Virus record (IMG/VR): IMGVR_UViG_2778261631_000002
Source of the DNA: a virus
Lineage: Duplodnaviria; Heunggongvirae; Uroviricota; Caudoviricetes
Direction: 5' to 3' (one strand)
DNA length: 64,000 bases
Below the pieces are notes generated by a model. It was not told the origin of the DNA. It ran no database searches and saw only the letters and a list, made by a program, of their open reading frames with translations. Position 1 is the stretch's first letter. Each line of letters starts with the position of its first letter. The position numbers and the translations under genes were made by a program. Shown here piece by piece: positions 1 to 9,227 of this stretch.

Positions 1-155
1 TCGGCGTTCCCTGTCAGCGCCCCGGTGATCCCGCCGTTGAAAGTCTGGCGCGCACTCCATGTGTTAGCCGTGCTCAACAGGGGGATCTTTTCACCGCTGG
101 TACCGAGTTCTCTTAAACCAAGGTATTGGATTGAAAGGATGACGCCGGAAACTTC
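1..155 (-). CDS. partial open frame at window edge, possibly the 5' part of an unexpressed tail-fibre variable segment inside the invertible C segment
   Basis: Minus-strand frame is open from 155 to the window edge with no ATG, reading through the cix site into Gly-rich sequence (…NGGITGALTGN); position next to cin matches the Mu/P1 invertible-segment layout. Other frames are also open here, so the frame choice is uncertain. Confidence 0.3.
108..133. other. cix crossover site for Cin invertase
   Basis: TTCTCTTAAACCAAGGTATTGGATTG closely matches the hix/gix/cix 26-bp family (AAACCAAGGT core); overlaps the 3' end of cin. Confidence 0.55.
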
Positions 156-685
156 TTATAAAGCGTGGAAACAGCCACATCATAGATGATTGCAACCTGC
201 TTACGGGGGATGCCATTCTCCAGCAATCGCCGCATTTGCTGCCATGTTTCTTCTTGGTATTTAGGTCGACGCCCACCTATACGACTTTCTGCGCGAGCTG
301 CATCAAGTCCAGCGCGTGTACGTTCAACGATAAGCTCACGTTCCATTTCTGCCAGCGCCCCCATTACGTGAAAGAAAAAGCGCCCCATTGGTGTACTGGT
401 GTCGATGGAGTCAGTGAGACTCCGGAAGTTAATGCCTCTGTCACGCAGCTCTTCCACCAGCACAACTAAGTGACGCATGCTGCGCCCAAGACGGTCTAAC
501 TTCCATACGACCAGGGTATCACCTCTGGAAAGCATACGGAGTACCTTTTTTAACCCAGGGCGCTCAGCCTTTTTGCCGCTCGCCTTGTCCTCAAAAATTA
601 GCTCACATCCTGCGCTTTCAAGAGCGTTTCGTTGTAAAGCAGTGTTTTGTTCATTTGTTGATACGCGTACATAGCCTATTAGCAT
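113..685 (-). CDS. cin: Cin DNA invertase (serine recombinase, Gin/Hin family)
   Basis: 190-aa ORF starting MLIGYVRVSTNEQ with the catalytic-serine resolvase N-terminus and C-terminal HTH (…QVAIIYDVAVSTLYKK); near-colinear with Gin. Confidence 0.92.
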   Translation of the reverse strand: MLIGYVRVSTNEQNTALQRNALESAGCELIFEDKASGKKAERPGLKKVLRMLSRGDTLVVWKLDRLGRSMRHLVVLVEELRDRGINFRSLTDSIDTSTPMGRFFFHVMGALAEMERELIVERTRAGLDAARAESRIGGRRPKYQEETWQQMRRLLENGIPRKQVAIIYDVAVSTLYKKFPASSFQSNTLV

Positions 686-812
686 ATTTTCTGCTCACTA
701 TCGTTATTTATAGCAAGCTGCGGATTTTAATTAACAAAAACCTGTGTGTGTGGAAATCACAAAGTACATACCGTTTCCCAATGAGATTTAATTCACTATT
801 GAGGAAATAGTT

Positions 813-998
813 ATGTTTGATTTCACAATAATGTTCCTCTCCATCCTTGGCGGGGTGCATTCGTTTCTGAATGGGGTTCGTGAAAAACGTTACGAAGCGT
901 CATGCAGGCAATTGATGGCCGAGTGTATTGCTGCCGTACTTGCAGGCTTTATAGGCATGTATTTCGCGGAATATAAGGGTATGGATGAAAGTCTTTAG
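813..998 (+). CDS. small membrane protein, holin-like (first gene of the darA operon region)
   Basis: 61-aa ORF with strong SD (GAGGAA) and a hydrophobic helix; sits between cin and the holin gene. Confidence 0.45.
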   Translation: MFDFTIMFLSILGGVHSFLNGVREKRYEASCRQLMAECIAAVLAGFIGMYFAEYKGMDESL

Positions 999-1161
999 AA
1001 TTGCGTGACTATTATTTGCAGCATCAATAACAGGCTCATTCTTGAAAAGTCACAAAGGATTATCGATTCGTACCTCAATAGAAATGCCTCTTAAGCAACA
1101 AATGACCGGTTGAGAAGTTACTTTGCATACCATTACCTCCTGACAACGTAGGAGGGAACTT

Positions 1162-1491
1162 GTGCTTGACACACAGGAATTAGCTCCAGTTGCTATTGCG
1201 CTCCTGCTTTCAGTAATTGGTGGGATAGGCACGTTCCTGATGGATGTCCGAGACGGTCGCCAGTCTGGCAATTTGTTGGGATTGGTTACGGAGATCTTTG
1301 TTGCAGTGACAGCTGGCGCGGTGGCGTACCTATTGGGGCAACACGAGGGCTGGGAGTTATCAATTACGTACTTAATGGTAACGATAGCCAGCAATAACGG
1401 TCATGAGGTGATTTCAGGGATGAAACGAGTGAATATCGATAGCATTCTGAATGTTCTTACAAGTTTGGTGAAAAAGGGAGGCGGGAAATGA
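1162..1491 (+). CDS. lydA: holin
   Basis: 109-aa protein with three predicted TM segments; GTG start preceded by AGGAGGG; first lysis gene of the darA operon by position. Confidence 0.65.
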   Translation: MLDTQELAPVAIALLLSVIGGIGTFLMDVRDGRQSGNLLGLVTEIFVAVTAGAVAYLLGQHEGWELSITYLMVTIASNNGHEVISGMKRVNIDSILNVLTSLVKKGGGK

Positions 1492-1931
1492 TTGGCTGGG
1501 GTGTATGCGTTCTTGCGTTAGCCTTAGCCGATCGCTATTTGCTAAAACGCAAGGACATCACGCATTTAGAACTTGGTGATGTGGAAATTAAACCGGGTTT
1601 CATCCGGGTGCCGTTCAAATACCGGTCTAAATTCCCGTTTTTGCGCGGCGCAACGGTCAGATATTGGATCCGCGATGTTCAGAAGCCGACGACAGTGATT
1701 GAAGGCGAACAACGTTGTCTGACGTCGGCTGAACAGGGCGAAAACAGTGAATGGTTGTACATACCCACTGAATATATGGGTAAAGGAGAGCGACTGTGGC
1801 ATTTCAACGTCATGGTTACGCATGGCGACTCGTTCATTAACCCGTTGTATCGGATTTTCCCTGTTACTCAGCAAATCCGCAGAAGTTACGTAATAAATCT
1901 CGCACAGGATGTGTCAGATGACGAAAAATAA
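1488..1931 (+). CDS. lydB: antiholin / lysis regulator
   Basis: 147-aa ORF with 4-bp start/stop overlap with the holin gene; position matches P1 lydB. Confidence 0.6.
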   Translation: MIGWGVCVLALALADRYLLKRKDITHLELGDVEIKPGFIRVPFKYRSKFPFLRGATVRYWIRDVQKPTTVIEGEQRCLTSAEQGENSEWLYIPTEYMGKGERLWHFNVMVTHGDSFINPLYRIFPVTQQIRRSYVINLAQDVSDDEK

Positions 1932-2520
1932 GTATGCAACGGTCGATTTTGACCAGGTTAATGAAAAGGGGCTGAAATCCCTTATCGCGGCGATCAATAA
2001 AACCGGTGTTACGGTAATTGAGGTTGACTCCAGCAACCGCGCAACAACGAAAGATGGCGTTAAAGTTAAAACCGCAAAGCTGGTTCTTAACGACGGACAA
2101 ATTCTTGCCATACAGGTAAACGATACTGGCGATATATCGTCTGTGAAGCTGAATGGAAAAGCTATTCCTAACGCTCAGTCGCCGGATATCAAGACGCTTG
2201 GTACCGTCATGGGGCAAGCGGCCCGCAAAAACTCCGCAAAATTCCAGAAATCACTGATCGCCAAAGCGAAACGTGTTGCCAATCCGGTAGACAAGAAACC
2301 GGCAGTAAAATCCAACTTTCAGCGCCTGCAAGAGGCAAAACAGCGGAATGCTCAGGTGGTTGCCGCTTATAAGTCCGCGCAGAATTCGGTGTCTTTCAAT
2401 CAACAGCAGATCACTGATTTGCGGGCGAAGCTGGATAAGGAGACGGGCCGACTCAATAACGAAAAGGCACGGAATGGCGAACTCAAACGTCGTCTTAAGC
2501 AACTGAAAGCAGGAAATTAA
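1909..2520 (+). CDS. hdf: homolog of a DarA fragment
   Basis: 203-aa protein with clear similarity to the downstream DarA N-terminal region (LNDGQILAIQVN / KNSAKFQK versus LSDGQTISILFH / KNSSKFQR). Confidence 0.65.
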   Translation: MCQMTKNKYATVDFDQVNEKGLKSLIAAINKTGVTVIEVDSSNRATTKDGVKVKTAKLVLNDGQILAIQVNDTGDISSVKLNGKAIPNAQSPDIKTLGTVMGQAARKNSAKFQKSLIAKAKRVANPVDKKPAVKSNFQRLQEAKQRNAQVVAAYKSAQNSVSFNQQQITDLRAKLDKETGRLNNEKARNGELKRRLKQLKAGN

Positions 2521-2521
2521 C

Positions 2522-4441
2522 ATGGAACAGTTAAATATCAATAAAGGGGTGACGATCAAGCCTGGGCTTGACGTGCTTCCCCCGCCAGTGACTGATGATG
2601 AATATCGCGCATTAATGGCCGGTGAGGACCGCTATCTGATGACGGAATCCAACACCCTGGAGGAAATCGAGGCTACGTTCTTCTATGACACGCCGATCCA
2701 CTGGTGTGCTACGGATTTACTGGAGGCGATTAGTTCTACTCGTTTGCAGTTACACCGGACCATGCAGGCATTTGTCCGGGCATTGAACCAGAAGCTGAAT
2801 GGTACCGGAATCTCTGCGGGGAGTGATAAAACGGGGGAGGTGGCCCAGAGCGGCGCGCGCGCGATCGGCGGTGCTGAAATTGGCCGGGCACGTAACGTTA
2901 ACGGGCTGCCGGTCCTGCCAGCCATTATTCCGCTCAGTGATGGTCAGACTATCAGCATTCTGTTTCATAGCCCGACAGCGGAAAACCGGATCACCAATAG
3001 CGATACGCTGGTTGCTTTCCAGTTCTTACTGAATAAAAAAGACGTTACTCACACCGTTGCTCCGATGAGTGGACGTGATATGACGCTGGCGCAGGTCACC
3101 ATGAAACTTGCCAACCTTGCAGAGAAAAACTCGTCAAAATTCCAGCGTGCGCAGAAGAAGAAAAAAGCCCTTGTTGATGAAATAACCCAACTACAGGCTG
3201 ACAGTGACCAGAAAGAGGATGCCATGAGCGACCTCGCGGATCAGGTGGCAGCGGTAGAAGGGCAGAAGGCAGATCTGGAGCAGAAAATTAACGCTGTTGC
3301 ATCGGAAGCGGATTCTCTTTATGAAGAGAATGAGCGTTTGCAGACGGAGATTGATCAGCTCAATCGCACTGGTGGGCGCGATACCATTGCTCCAGCGGGG
3401 ATGACTGGTGGGCACTCTCGCGCGCTGACGGATCGCCTTGCCAGTATCAAAAATCGTATGCATATGGACGGGGAAGCGACGCTCAGTAATGGTGCATCAA
3501 TGAAGCAATTCATTGGGGATGGCGAAGGGTATATCCAGTTAACCGATCCGGATGGCAGCGTATACATGATCAAGGCTAAATCCATACAGGGTGTGGACAT
3601 GGCAGATGCGATCGGCAAGCTGTTTAAAGCCTATAAAGCGGGTAATGTATCGGAATATCTGGTCCAACCAGAAGAACATAAACCGGAAAACGTCGAACCT
3701 GAACCAGCGGAGGATACCGGTAGCTCTTCGCCTGAACCAGAAGTCTCTGTAGGTGCATATCGATATGCCCTGCAAATGCGTCCGGCGGCCCCTGGCGCAA
3801 TACCTGAAGGTAACAAAGCGATTCTGCCGCGCCCTGATGAAGGTGACCCGTATTATGAATATGCACGCTACGGCATTGCTACTTACGATACCCCGCTTTC
3901 TGATCAGCAAATGAGTGAGTACGACCTGAAGTTATTGCCTCGCGAGGATTCTTTCGACTTCCTGGCGAAGACACTTACTAATGGTCCGTTTGGCAAATAT
4001 GCACAAAAAGCTCTGGAGCTGGCCACCAGCTCACCAGACGAGTTCCGCGTAATGCTGAAAACTCAGTTTCAAAAAACTTTCCCCAATATTGCGTTTCCGG
4101 GGGGCGCTGGCACCGAGAAAATGGTGCAGAGCATGATCAATGCATTGCAGGCCGAAGTCGGTGAGATTACTCAGCCAGAACCTGTCCCGGCACAGCCTGA
4201 TGAAACGGTTAGCGAAGCAGATGCAGAGGCTAATAAAGCCATTGAATATCTCAATAACGTGATGGATATGCAAAGCACTGACATGGCGGAGATCCGTAAC
4301 GCCCGGGGTAATGTCCGGGAAGCGATTGCAGTCCTTCAGGCTGCCGGGCGTTTTGAGGAAAACGAAGAGCTGGTTAATGGCGCTGCTCGCCACCTGGCTG
4401 ATCTGCTGGTAGCAATCCAGAAAGCGGGGGTAGCGGCATGA
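2522..4441 (+). CDS. darA: DarA, internal head protein required for defence against restriction
   Basis: 639-aa ORF, coiled-coil centre, acidic/Pro-rich segments; size and operon position match P1 DarA. Confidence 0.82.
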   Translation: MEQLNINKGVTIKPGLDVLPPPVTDDEYRALMAGEDRYLMTESNTLEEIEATFFYDTPIHWCATDLLEAISSTRLQLHRTMQAFVRALNQKLNGTGISAGSDKTGEVAQSGARAIGGAEIGRARNVNGLPVLPAIIPLSDGQTISILFHSPTAENRITNSDTLVAFQFLLNKKDVTHTVAPMSGRDMTLAQVTMKLANLAEKNSSKFQRAQKKKKALVDEITQLQADSDQKEDAMSDLADQVAAVEGQKADLEQKINAVASEADSLYEENERLQTEIDQLNRTGGRDTIAPAGMTGGHSRALTDRLASIKNRMHMDGEATLSNGASMKQFIGDGEGYIQLTDPDGSVYMIKAKSIQGVDMADAIGKLFKAYKAGNVSEYLVQPEEHKPENVEPEPAEDTGSSSPEPEVSVGAYRYALQMRPAAPGAIPEGNKAILPRPDEGDPYYEYARYGIATYDTPLSDQQMSEYDLKLLPREDSFDFLAKTLTNGPFGKYAQKALELATSSPDEFRVMLKTQFQKTFPNIAFPGGAGTEKMVQSMINALQAEVGEITQPEPVPAQPDETVSEADAEANKAIEYLNNVMDMQSTDMAEIRNARGNVREAIAVLQAAGRFEENEELVNGAARHLADLLVAIQKAGVAA

Positions 4442-4803
4442 CACTATCAGCTATTGAGTTAATGGATCTCAGCGATAAGTTGGATGCTCTGATGTCCAAA
4501 GCGGCTACCGCGAGTGGCATGGAGTTGCTGGATATCAGCGATGAAATTGACCAGATCATGCAACAGATGGGGTACGGAGCGTCCGGCGGCAGTAGTGGCG
4601 AGGAAAAACAACCTTCGGTACATGATGGTGTGCCAAAACTGGTTGCTGATTTCCTGGCTGATAAATTCGTCGATCAGAGCACAGATGCATTTATCGGTAC
4701 CTTGCAGGACTTGAGTCAATATGTTGGCACATACATCGACTTGGACCAGGTTAAACAGCACACGGCGGCATGGATAGCCGCCAACATTAAAGAGGCAGCA
4801 TAA
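4438..4803 (+). CDS. ddrA: DarA-operon accessory protein
   Basis: 121-aa ORF overlapping the darA stop by 4 bp; position only. Confidence 0.6.
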   Translation: MTLSAIELMDLSDKLDALMSKAATASGMELLDISDEIDQIMQQMGYGASGGSSGEEKQPSVHDGVPKLVADFLADKFVDQSTDAFIGTLQDLSQYVGTYIDLDQVKQHTAAWIAANIKEAA

Positions 4804-4815
4804 GGCGTAACAGGG

Positions 4816-7803
4816 ATGAGCTTAAGCGATCAGGTGGTAATGGCCACCAGCATAGAAACGCTGATCGAGCTGCTAAAGAACCTGCCCGATTATGGGCGGG
4901 TTTCGTATGTGGTGACAGCGAAGGGAGACGAGGTAAAAACAGCGTTTGATATCGTCGATGCCTCAGCTCTTTTGGTATCCAATACTCTGGATGGGAAAAT
5001 TAATCCAGACTATCCCCAGGAACTTCAGCCGCGCGACCGGACCCGCGCATCCAGCCTTCTTCAGGTCAACCAGATATCCAAGGATTTGCGTCCTGCCCAG
5101 CTTACCGATTCCGGTTTATCCAGCCATGGCGCGCCAATAATTGGTGAGGACAATGCCGTTGAGTCAGGTAATGGGCGGACCATGGGGATCATTAAAGCCT
5201 ATCAGGACGGTAATGCGGATCGGTATCGGGAGTACCTGATTGAACATGCGACCGAATTCGGCATACGGCCTGAAAAGGTTGAATCAATGACGGCTCCGGT
5301 ACTGGTGCGCCGCCGGTTAACGAAGGTTGACCGTGTTCAGTTTGCCAAGGACTCAAATATTTCTGATCTCCAGGAAATGGCAGCCAGTGAAAAGGCTTTT
5401 GTTGATGCCGACAGCATAACACCGGCGATGATGGCGTTGTTTAACCCGTCAGAAAGCGGAGATCTGCTTAGCCGCAGTAATGACGCGTTTATTCGCGGAT
5501 TCATGACGCAAGTTGGTGCCACACAGGCTGCTGGCCTTGTAACGGAAGATGGGCGACCAACACGGCAACTTGTAGACCGTATACAAAACGCGATCTTTGC
5601 CAAGGCATATAAGGATGCGCGCCTGGTAAGGATGGTTGCAGAAGAACCTGATCCGGATATGCGTAATGTTCTGACGGCGCTTAATGCGGCAGCCAATGAT
5701 TTTGTCCAGATGCAGGCTTTATCAGGAGAAGCGCACAAGCAGGCTGTGACAACTATTGTTGATGGTATTGAGACAGCGGATAGTCTCGATAAAAAGGCGC
5801 TGGCGGCATTGAAAGATGCGGTAGACCTGGTAAGGCAATCGAAGGAGTCAGGCCAACATATTACCGATGTTATTGCTCAGGGGGATATGTTCAGCGAAAC
5901 AGCCCCGGAAGTGAAAGCTCTCGCGTTGTTCATCGTCGCGAATAACCGTAGCGCGAAGCGTATGGCCACCGCCTTTAAATTGATGGCTCAACGTATCAAT
6001 GATGAGTTACAGCACCAGGGCCAGGCGCTGGGGGATATGTTTGGCGGTGGTGATGTGTCGTTACAGGATATCCTTCGCCAGGTGTCTCAGGAACTGGAAA
6101 ACGAAGGCATGCAAGGGATATCCGGCGGTCTTTTCGAGTCCGTTTCCGGCGGTAGTTACAACGGTGTTGCTCCATATACCAGCTTGCTATTACATCGGGC
6201 ATCCGGCATCAAAGACATTATTCATCTGATCAGGCTGCTTTCCCGTACAGATCCCCAGGATGAACAGCTTGTACCAGTGCTTGCGCATTTTGTTCGAATG
6301 CCTGTTGCCGACGTGAATAAATGGTGCCGATTATTCGGTATCAGCAATTCGTTACTTCGCGGATTGTTAAATCACGCATCCTCCCTTGGGCGCGACGGCT
6401 TTGATGAGATAGCGCAGGCGATAAAAAACGGAGATATGCCACCAGCTATTGACTGGTTTTCCATTCGCCCAACCAGGGTGAAAGCATTCCTTAGAGCGGC
6501 GCAATCAGCATCACCATTGGCAGAAATGGTTCAGAGGTTATCGCTCATATTCACAGACCATACCGCGTTGGGTGATCTGACTCTGGACGAGATGAAAGAA
6601 GCCTCCATTCAGTGGGCCGATCAACAAAATGAGGTTAACTCAGACTTCTTGCCAGCATTCAGGAAGGCCGTTAGTAAAGCGGATGATGCCCGTGAAATTC
6701 TGAAGGCATTTAAGGCATTGCAAAGTCGTGTTAATAAACATGTCGGTGATATCGATGGGGTAACGGCGGAAGGCCGGGATATCCTTAAAGAGCACGGCAT
6801 AACGCCAGAGTTTATTGATGAGATCAGGACTGATATGCAGCGTGAGGTCGTATCGTCCCTGCAAATCGTAGCCAGAGCGTTGGCGGATGCTAATCCGAAG
6901 AGTGCGGCCATTGTTAACCGGGTTATTGGTGATATTGAAGCATCGGAGGGCATGGGGGCGCTGAAACTCTTCCTTTCGCGAGCGTTTAATCCTAACGGCA
7001 ATATTCTCCCTGGCATTATTGGTGAGGCTAAAAAGTATGTCAGTGAAGAAGAACTTGAGCAGCTTGACCAACTACTTAAGCGATTCTCATATAACCCGCA
7101 GACACGCTGGCAAATGAATCAGCGAAGTATGGGTTCGGTCCACGAGAAAGTGTTATCTGCCATGAACAGTGCGATCGCAAACTCATCCGTATCTGAAGAA
7201 AAAGCTCTTGAGTGGGCCGACTCTTTTATCACAGAAGAAGTGGAAGAAGCCCGCGCTGGACAGAATGGTGGGATAGACCTGCGCAAGGAACTTGCTGATA
7301 TTTATCGCCTGACTGGCGGGAAAATATCGACCTTATCAAAGGTAGTTCACCACCAGGGAAGGGCATATGCAAATCTAAATGGTGTTGTTGCTGTCAATTT
7401 GAACGATGAAAATGCAAGTGCACTGTGGCACGAGCTGGGTCATCATCTTGAGTACAGTAACCCTGGTTTGTTAGAGAAAGCCCGGTCATTCCTGAAGGCC
7501 AATGTTGAAGGGGATAAGCCATCTTTCGTCAATATCGGTGGGCGTGGCAAGCCTGAATGGTGCTTCAGATCTCGATTGAGTAATATTTATATGGCGAAGG
7601 TATACCCGCCAGCCTCAGTGAGTAATTCCGGGAAAATTCGGCAGAAATCACCGACTATTTCCAAAACGTCAGCAACGGAAGTATTCTCTATGGCTCTTCA
7701 GTTGTATCATGACAAAGAGGCCGCTGCCGCATCACTGATGAATGGTGACGGATTGCTGGAACTGTTATTAGGTGTGGCAAAGGAGCTAAATAATGCAGAT
7801 TAA
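4816..7803 (+). CDS. ddrB: large DarA-operon protein with a putative zinc-metallopeptidase HExxH motif
   Basis: 995-aa ORF following ddrA; contains WHELGHH (nt 7426-7446). Name by position and size. Confidence 0.75.
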   Translation: MSLSDQVVMATSIETLIELLKNLPDYGRVSYVVTAKGDEVKTAFDIVDASALLVSNTLDGKINPDYPQELQPRDRTRASSLLQVNQISKDLRPAQLTDSGLSSHGAPIIGEDNAVESGNGRTMGIIKAYQDGNADRYREYLIEHATEFGIRPEKVESMTAPVLVRRRLTKVDRVQFAKDSNISDLQEMAASEKAFVDADSITPAMMALFNPSESGDLLSRSNDAFIRGFMTQVGATQAAGLVTEDGRPTRQLVDRIQNAIFAKAYKDARLVRMVAEEPDPDMRNVLTALNAAANDFVQMQALSGEAHKQAVTTIVDGIETADSLDKKALAALKDAVDLVRQSKESGQHITDVIAQGDMFSETAPEVKALALFIVANNRSAKRMATAFKLMAQRINDELQHQGQALGDMFGGGDVSLQDILRQVSQELENEGMQGISGGLFESVSGGSYNGVAPYTSLLLHRASGIKDIIHLIRLLSRTDPQDEQLVPVLAHFVRMPVADVNKWCRLFGISNSLLRGLLNHASSLGRDGFDEIAQAIKNGDMPPAIDWFSIRPTRVKAFLRAAQSASPLAEMVQRLSLIFTDHTALGDLTLDEMKEASIQWADQQNEVNSDFLPAFRKAVSKADDAREILKAFKALQSRVNKHVGDIDGVTAEGRDILKEHGITPEFIDEIRTDMQREVVSSLQIVARALADANPKSAAIVNRVIGDIEASEGMGALKLFLSRAFNPNGNILPGIIGEAKKYVSEEELEQLDQLLKRFSYNPQTRWQMNQRSMGSVHEKVLSAMNSAIANSSVSEEKALEWADSFITEEVEEARAGQNGGIDLRKELADIYRLTGGKISTLSKVVHHQGRAYANLNGVVAVNLNDENASALWHELGHHLEYSNPGLLEKARSFLKANVEGDKPSFVNIGGRGKPEWCFRSRLSNIYMAKVYPPASVSNSGKIRQKSPTISKTSATEVFSMALQLYHDKEAAAASLMNGDGLLELLLGVAKELNNAD

Positions 7804-8101
7804 AATCGCAGCGCCATTAGGCGGAGATGCCATTATCGAATTTGATGATAATGAAGAAGTTTCCGGGCGTTTAAGCATTATCTCCGGTGACATTACCGAG
7901 GACATGATCGCTGAAGCCATAGCTGGAGCAAATCCCAATAGCTATATGGGATTCGTTAACACCCTTGATGCTCCCGCAAGTGATGTTCTCCGAACGCTGC
8001 ATCTTTACGCTGGCTGGTTTGTTGATTGGCCAGCAGTAGATGGTGGTGATGAGGACGACGACGATGATTTTGGTGATCATATAGACCAGATCATATATTA
8101 A
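7793..8101 (+). CDS. small acidic protein with poly-Asp tail, last gene of the darA operon
   Basis: 102-aa ORF overlapping the ddrB stop; C-terminus DGGDEDDDDDFGD; followed directly by a terminator. Confidence 0.5.
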   Translation: MQIKIAAPLGGDAIIEFDDNEEVSGRLSIISGDITEDMIAEAIAGANPNSYMGFVNTLDAPASDVLRTLHLYAGWFVDWPAVDGGDEDDDDDFGDHIDQIIY

Positions 8102-8103
8102 AG

Positions 8104-8129
8104 AAATCCCGCCAATCGGCGGGATTTTT
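8104..8129. terminator. bidirectional rho-independent terminator between convergent operons
   Basis: AAATCCCGCC-AATC-GGCGGGATTT hairpin with T-run on the plus strand and A-run upstream (T-run on the minus strand). Confidence 0.65.
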
Positions 8130-8132
8130 ACC

Positions 8133-9227
8133 TCACGAGAAGCTCTTTTCTGATGTCAGCCAACAGTGCTCGTGCAAATCTCTTGGTGGTTTTTCGACAA
8201 ATGCCTCTTCAGCCACATCCTGCCAGGGGATTTGTTTAGCCCATTCAGCTATAGCGTTATGGTTTGCCGAGAATAACGGTATTGTATAGGCCTTCAGCCA
8301 GTCTAATGTGCTGGAGTTGTGTTTTTGAGCGTGATGTTTCGCATGGTGTTTGGCGATCACGATCGTAGGCACTACCCATTTACTACCGTCAGTCATTGTG
8401 AAGTGCATATTACGGGGAACAGATGACTTTTCCATCAACTCCCGAATCCCGGGAAATTTCCCCAAGATCAATCGGCGATATTCATCGCTATTGCGCCCAC
8501 CAAACTCTTTGGCTTTGAATTCAAGATATGCTTCAGAAACGAGAGGTGAATCCTCTGTGTTTAGAGTTATCGCCGTGAAAAAACCAGCAGGATTGTTTTT
8601 ACTATGGGCCAACCGGTGATGCGAATCATAAAAGTACCCTTTCTCGCGTTCCGATGGTTTCGACAGCAACAGCAGGCGCGAGTCATAATTGGTTAAATTG
8701 CCAGTTATCACTGCATGAGCGCGATCGCTGATTTCCGCCGAGTTAATAACGATGAAAAGATCGTGCGGTCCAGTAAAACCAGCCAGAGACACTTCGTTAT
8801 TCAGACAATAGGTTATATAGACGCATCCCCATATTTCACTGATATGCACCAACCCTTTGTCAGGGTGCATTCTGAAATGATTGCCAAGAAAAGGGTGTTT
8901 TTGGGTAACTCGCTCCCAATAACGGAACATATAGTCAATTATTGTTTTTCGACTATCGTTAATAGCAGGAGAAACAACCACTGTACGGGAACACGAATAC
9001 AGTATTGTTTGCAGGATGCTAATCACTGCCACAATAGAGGTTTCCCCAATACCATGTGGTGTGGTGGCAGTGACTTTGGCTCCGGTGTTCTTTATCGCGT
9101 TAATAATTTTTGCTTGATGAGGTGTTAACTCAATATCAAGCAACTCTTTCGCTGCCAGTTCCCAATTGTCTTTATACTGTTCTATCAGTGCTAACCAGGC
9201 AGGTTCATTCTGTATACGATTAGTCAC
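8133..9227 (-). CDS. PacB-like protein: terminase large-subunit ATPase-domain paralog with degenerate Walker motifs and no nuclease domain
   Basis: 364-aa protein sharing [11 protein letters not shown] and flanking blocks with PacB (32101..33585), but Walker A is PHGIGET (PacB: SGHGTGKS) and the Walker B DE is replaced (FIVINSAE versus YIIDEASG). Confidence 0.6.
   Translation of the reverse strand: MTNRIQNEPAWLALIEQYKDNWELAAKELLDIELTPHQAKIINAIKNTGAKVTATTPHGIGETSIVAVISILQTILYSCSRTVVVSPAINDSRKTIIDYMFRYWERVTQKHPFLGNHFRMHPDKGLVHISEIWGCVYITYCLNNEVSLAGFTGPHDLFIVINSAEISDRAHAVITGNLTNYDSRLLLLSKPSEREKGYFYDSHHRLAHSKNNPAGFFTAITLNTEDSPLVSEAYLEFKAKEFGGRNSDEYRRLILGKFPGIRELMEKSSVPRNMHFTMTDGSKWVVPTIVIAKHHAKHHAQKHNSSTLDWLKAYTIPLFSANHNAIAEWAKQIPWQDVAEEAFVEKPPRDLHEHCWLTSEKSFS

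Noticed and set aside
91-276. 61-aa minus-strand ORF overlapping the cin 3' end
   Set aside because: Out-of-frame overlap with a well-supported recombinase gene; no independent support.
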